This document shows, piece after piece, positions 58,001 to 64,000 of a stretch of DNA of 64,000 nt (the stretch's first letter is position 1; each line of letters opens with the position of its first letter). The translations under genes were made by a program, and so were the position numbers. The notes beneath the pieces are model-generated. The model made no database searches and had not been told where the DNA came from. It worked only from the letters and a program-made list of their open reading frames with translations. This DNA is from Auanema rhodensis. Taxonomy: Eukaryota; Animalia; Nematoda. The stretch lies in the NCBI GenBank assembly GCA_964057225.1, contig OZ059898.1:20274001-20338000 (forward strand). The letters run 5' to 3'.

Positions 58001-61000
58001 AAGTTCACGTAAATTTCAAACTCATGGTTACCATGCACCAATATCAATAAAAATTTGTTTTCAAACTAATATGGACATGGGGATTCTAATTTTGCAAACC
58101 GCATCTCTTTATCTTTCACGTGAAGCGAGTTACATACCAAGTGCACATCACGTGTACATTTAATTAGCATAAATTAAAGTTCACGTAAATTTCAAACTCA
58201 TGGTTACCATGCACCAATATCAATAAAAATTTGTTTTTAGACTAATATGGACATGGGGAATCTAATTTTGAAAACCGCATCTCTTTATCTTTCACGTGAA
58301 GCGAGTTACATACCAAGTGCACATCACGTGTACATTTAATTAGCATAAATTAAAGTTCACGTAAATTTCAAACTCATGGTTACCATGCACCAATATCAAT
58401 AAAAATTTGTTTTTAGACTAATATGGACATGGAGAATCTAATTTTAAAAACCGCATCTCTTTATCTTTCACGTGAAGCGAGTTACATACCAAGTGCACAT
58501 CACGTGTACATTTAATTAGCATAAATTAAAGTTCACGTAAATTTCAAACTCATGGTTACCATGCACCAATATCAATAAAAATTTGTTTTTAGACTAATAT
58601 GGACATGGAGAATCTATTTTTAAAAACCGCATCTCTTTATCTTTCACGTGAAGCGAGTTACATACCAAGTGCACATCACGTGTACATTTAATTAGCATAA
58701 ATTAAAGTTCACGTAAATTTCAAACTCATGGTTACCATGCACCAATATCAATAAAAATTTGTTTTTAGACTAATATGGACATGGGGAATCTAATTTTGAA
58801 AACCGCATCTCTTATCTTCCACGTGAAGCGAGTTACATACCAAGTGCACATCACGTGTACATTTAATTAGCATAAATTAAAGTTCACGTAATTTTCAAAG
58901 TCATGGTTACCATGAACCAATATCAATGAATATTTGTTTTTAGACTAATATGGACATGGGGAATCTAATTTTGAAAACCGCATCTCTTTATTTTTCACGT
59001 GAAGCGAGTTACATACCAAGTGGACATCACGTGTACATTTAATTAGCATAAATTAAAGTTCACGTAAATTTCAAAGTCATGGTTACCATGCACCAATATC
59101 AATAAAAATTTGTTTTTAGACTAATATGGACATGGAGAATCTAATTTTGAAAACCGCATCTCTTTATCTTTCACGTGAAGCGAGTTACATACCAAGTGCA
59201 CATCACGTGTACATTTAATTAGCATAAATTAAAGTTCACGTAAATTTCAAACTCATGGTTACCATGCACCAATATCAATAAAAATTTGTTTTTAGACTAA
59301 TATGGACATGGAGAATCCATTTTTAAAAACCGCATCTCTTATCTTCCACGTGAAGCGAGTTACATACCAAGTGCACATCACGTGTACATTTAATTAGCAT
59401 AAATTAAAGTTCACGTAATTTTTAAAGTCATGGTTACCATGAACCAATATCAATGAATATTTGTTTTTAGACTAATATGGACATGGGGAATCTAATTTTG
59501 AAAACCGCATCTATTTATCTTTCACGCGAAGCGAGTTACATACCAAGTGCACATCACGTGTACATTTAATTAGCATAAAGTAAAGTTCACGTAAATTTCA
59601 AACTCATGGTTACCATGCACCAATATCAATAAAAATTTGTTTTTAGACTAATATGGACATGGGGAATCTAATTTTGAAAAACGCATCTCTTTATCTTTCA
59701 AGTGAAGCGAGTTACATACCAAGTGCACATCACGTGTACATTTAATTAGCATAAATTAAAGTTCACGTAAATTTCAAAGTCATGGTTACCATGCACCAAT
59801 ATCAATAAAATTTTGTTTTTAGACTAATATGGTCATGGGGAATCTAATTTTGAAAACCGCATCTCTTTATCTTTCACGTGAAGCGAGTTACATACCAAGT
59901 GCACATCACGTGTACATTTAATTAGCATAAATTAAAGTTCACGTAAATTTCAAACTCATGGTTACCATGCACCAATATCAATAAAAATTTGTTTTTAGAC
60001 TAATATGGACATGGAGAATCCATTTTTAAAAACCGCATCTCTTTATCTTCCACGTGAAGCGAGTTACATACCAAGTGCACATCACGTGTACATTTAATTA
60101 GCATAAATTAAAGTTCACGTAAATTTCAAACTCATGGTTACCATGCACCAATATCAATAAAAATTTGTTTTCAAACTAATATGGACATGGGGATTCTAAT
60201 TTTGAAAACCGCATCTCTTTATCTTTCACGTGAAGCGAGTTACATACCAAGTGCACATCACGTGTACATTTAATTAGCATAAATTAAAGTTCACGTAAAA
60301 TTCAAAGTCATGGTTACCATGCACCAATATCAATAAAATTTTGTTTTTAGACTAATATGGACATGGGGAATCTAATTTTGAAAACCGCATCTTTTTATCT
60401 TTCACGTGAAGCGAGTTACATACCAAGTGCACATCACGTGTACATTTAATTAGCATAAATTAAAGTTCACGTAAATTTCAAAGTCATGGTTACCATGCAC
60501 CAATATCAATAAAATTTTGTTTTTAGACTAATATGGACATGGGGAATCTAATTTTGAAAACCGCATCTCTTTATCTTTCACGTGAAGCGAGTTACATACC
60601 AAGTGCACATCACGTGTACATTTAATTAGCATAAATTAAAGTTCACGTAAATTTCAAACTCATGGTTACCATGCACCAATATCAATAAAAATTTGTTTTT
60701 AGACTAATATGGACATGGAGAATCTAATTTTAAAAACCGCATCTCTTTATCTTTCACGTGAAGCGAGTTACATACCAAGTGCACATCACGTGTACATTTA
60801 ATTAGCATAAATTAAAGTTCACGTAAATTTCAAACTCATGGTTACCATGCACCAATATCAATAAAAATTTGTTTTTAGACTAATATGGACATGGAGAATC
60901 TATTTTTAAAAACCGCATCTCTTTATCTTTCACGTGAAGCGAGTTACATACCAAGTGCACATCACGTGTACATTTAATTAGCATAAATTAAAGTTCACGT

Positions 61001-64000
61001 AAATTTCAAACTCATGGTTACCATGCACCAATATCAATAAAAATTTGTTTTTAGACTAATATGGACATGGGGAATCTAATTTTGAAAACCGCATCTCTTA
61101 TCTTCCACGTGAAGCGAGTTACATACCAAGTGCACATCACGTGTACATTTAATTAGCATAAATTAAAGTTCACGTAATTTTCAAAGTCATGGTTACCATG
61201 AACCAATATCAATGAATATTTGTTTTTAGACTAATATGGACATGGGGAATCTAATTTTGAAAACCGCATCTCTTTATTTTTCACGTGAAGCGAGTTACAT
61301 ACCAAGTGCACATCACGTGTACATTTAATTAGCATAAATTAAAGTTCACGTAAATTTCAAAGTCATGGTTACCATGCACCAATATCAATAAAAATTTGTT
61401 TTTAGACTAATATGGACATGGAGAATCCATTTTTAAAAACCGCATCTCTTTATCTTCCACGTGAAGCGAGTTACATACCAAGTGCACATCACGTGTACAT
61501 TTAATTAGCATAAATTAAAGTTCACGTAAATTTCAAACTCATGGTTACCATGCACCAATATCAATAAAAATTTGTTTTCAAACTAATATGGACATGGGGA
61601 TTCTAATTTTGCAAACCGCATCTCTTTATCTTTCACGTGAAGCGAGTTACATACCAAGTGCACATCACGTGTACATTTAATTAGCATAAATTAAAGTTCA
61701 CGTAAATTTCAAACTCATGGTTACCATGCACCAATATCAATAAAAATTTGTTTTTAGACTAATATGGACATGGGGAATCTAATTTTGAAAACCGCATCTC
61801 TTTATCTTTCACGTGAAGCGAGTTACATACCAAGTGCACATCACGTGTACATTTAATTAGCATAAATTAAAGTTCACGTAAATTTCAAACTCATGGTTAC
61901 CATGCACCAATATCAATAAAAATTTGTTTTTAGACTAATATGGACATGGAGAATCTAATTTTAAAAACCGCATCTCTTTATCTTTCACGTGAAGCGAGTT
62001 ACATACCAAGTGCACATCACGTGTACATTTAATTAGCATAAATTAAAGTTCACGTAAATTTCAAACTCATGGTTACCATGCACCAATATCAATAAAAATT
62101 GGTTTTTGGACTAATATGGACATGGAGAATCTATTTTTAAAAACCGCATCTCTTTATCTTTCACGTGAAGCGAGTTACATACCAAGTGCACATCACGTGT
62201 ACATTTAATTAGCATAAATTAAAGTTCACGTAAATTTCAAACTCATGGTTACCATGCACCAATATCAATAAAAATTTGTTTTTAGACTAATATGGACATG
62301 GGGAATCTAATTTTGAAAACCGCATCTCTTATCTTCCACGTGAAGCGAGTTACATACCAAGTGCACATCACGTGTACATTTAATTAGCATAAATTAAAGT
62401 TCACGTAATTTTCAAAGTCATGGTTACCATGAACCAATATCAATGAATATTTGTTTTTAGACTAATATGGACATGGGGAATCTAATTTTGAAAAACGCAT
62501 CTCTTTATCTTTCAAGTGAAGCGAGTTACATACCAAGTGCACATCACGTGTACATTTAATTAGCATAAATTAAAGTTCACGTAATTTTCAAAGTCATGGT
62601 TACCATGAACCAATATCAATAAAAATTTGTTTTTAGACTAATATGGACATGGGGAATCTAATTTTGAAAAACGCATCTCTTTATCTTTCAAGTGAAGCGA
62701 GTTACATACCAAGTGCACATCACGTGTACATTTAATTAGCATAAATTAAAGTTCACGTAAATTTCAAAGTCATGGTTACCATGCACCAATATCAATAAAA
62801 TTTTGTTTTTAGACTAATATGGTCATGGGGAATCTAATTTTGAAAACCGCATCTCTTTATCTTTCACGTGAAGCGAGTTACATACCAAGTGCACATCACG
62901 TGTACATTTAATTAGCATAAATTAAAGTTCACGTAAATTTCAAACTCATGGTTACCATGCACCAATATCAATAAAAATTTGTTTTTAGACTAATATGGAC
63001 ATGGAGAATCCATTTTTAAAAACCGCATCTCTTTATCTTCCACGTGAAGCGAGTTACATACCAAGTGCACATCACGTGTACATTTAATTAGCATAAATTA
63101 AAGTTCACGTAAATTTCAAACTCATGGTTACCATGCACCAATATCAATAAAAATTTGTTTTCAAACTAATATGGACATGGGGATTCTAATTTTGAAAACC
63201 GCATCTCTTTATCTTTCACGTGAAGCGAGTTACATACCAAGTGCACATCACGTGTACATTTAATTAGCATAAATTAAAGTTCACGTAAAATTCAAAGTCA
63301 TGGTTACCATGCACCAATATCAATAAAATTTTGTTTTTAGACTAATATGGACATGGGGAATCTAATTTTGAAAACCGCATCTCTTTATCTTTCACGTGAA
63401 GCGAGTTACATACCAAGTGCACATCACGTGTACATTTAATTAGCATAAATTAAAGTTCACGTAAATTTCAAACTCATGGTTACCATGCACCAATATCAAT
63501 AAAAATTTGTTTTTAGACTAATATGGACATGGAGAATCTAATTTTAAAAACCGCATCTCTTTATCTTTCACGTGAAGCGAGTTACATACCAAGTGCACAT
63601 CACGTGTACATTTAATTAGCATAAATTAAAGTTCACGTAAATTTCAAACTCATGGTTACCATGCACCAATATCAATAAAAATTTGTTTTTAGACTAATAT
63701 GGACATGGAGAATCTATTTTTAAAAACCGCATCTCTTTATCTTTCACGTGAAGCGAGTTACATACCAAGTGCACATCACGTGTACATTTAATTAGCATAA
63801 ATTAAAGTTCACGTAAATTTCAAACTCATGGTTACCATGCACCAATATCAATAAAAATTTGTTTTTAGACTAATATGGACATGGGGAATCTAATTTTGAA
63901 AACCGCATCTCTTATCTTCCACGTGAAGCGAGTTACATACCAAGTGCACATCACGTGTACATTTAATTAGCATAAATTAAAGTTCACGTAATTTTCAAAG
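49050..64000 (-). repeat. 17-21-monomer HOR domain (about 3.0-3.7 kb period)
   Basis: ATGGTCATGGGG marker at 49632, 52622, 56316, 59833 and 62823 (offsets 2990, 3694, 3517, 2990). TTTGCAAACC at 58095 and 61612 (offset 3517). Confidence 0.88.

Larger units (their letters stand above)
9859..64000 (-). repeat. Same 176-bp satellite in reverse-complement orientation (about 308 monomers)
   Basis: From about 9864 the sequence reads CATGCGGAATCTAATTTTGAAAACCGC..., the reverse complement of the monomer. The 176-bp period holds to the window end apart from occasional 1-2 bp deletions. Confidence 0.99.
23675..64000 (-). repeat. Subfamily B domain
   Basis: From 23675 onward monomers read GTGTACATTTAAT (a few read GTACTTTTAAT) instead of GTGTACACTTAAT. 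AAACTCATGG and CATGGAGAATC become frequent and the subfamily A variants disappear. Confidence 0.93.

Noticed and set aside
1-64000. CRISPR array or repeat-spacer system
   Set aside because: There are no unique spacers. The whole 176 bp repeats with SNP-level variation only, and no cas genes are present.

Overview
The whole 64 kb window is one eukaryotic-type tandem satellite array: about 364 copies of a 176-bp, AT-rich (about 33% GC, counted on copy 881-1056), palindrome-rich monomer. I found no genes, transposons or unique sequence, and I do not recognise the satellite family or species. The array is structured. (1) It switches strand at about 9859-9863: about 56 monomers in one orientation, then about 308 reverse-complemented, joined with no spacer at the end of an in-monomer palindrome. 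(2) Kilobase blocks left of the switch reappear as mirror images on the right, forming large imperfect inverted repeats. (3) At about 23675 there is an abrupt switch between two monomer subfamilies. (4) Local higher-order repeats (HORs) of 4, 5-7, 9, 10, 11, 17-21, 19 and 22 monomers can be traced with diagnostic SNPs. The twelve 60-aa ORFs are artefacts of single-base losses of one stop codon. Monomer size and architecture fit a (peri)centromeric satellite, but that is inference. Block boundaries were read by eye and are approximate.
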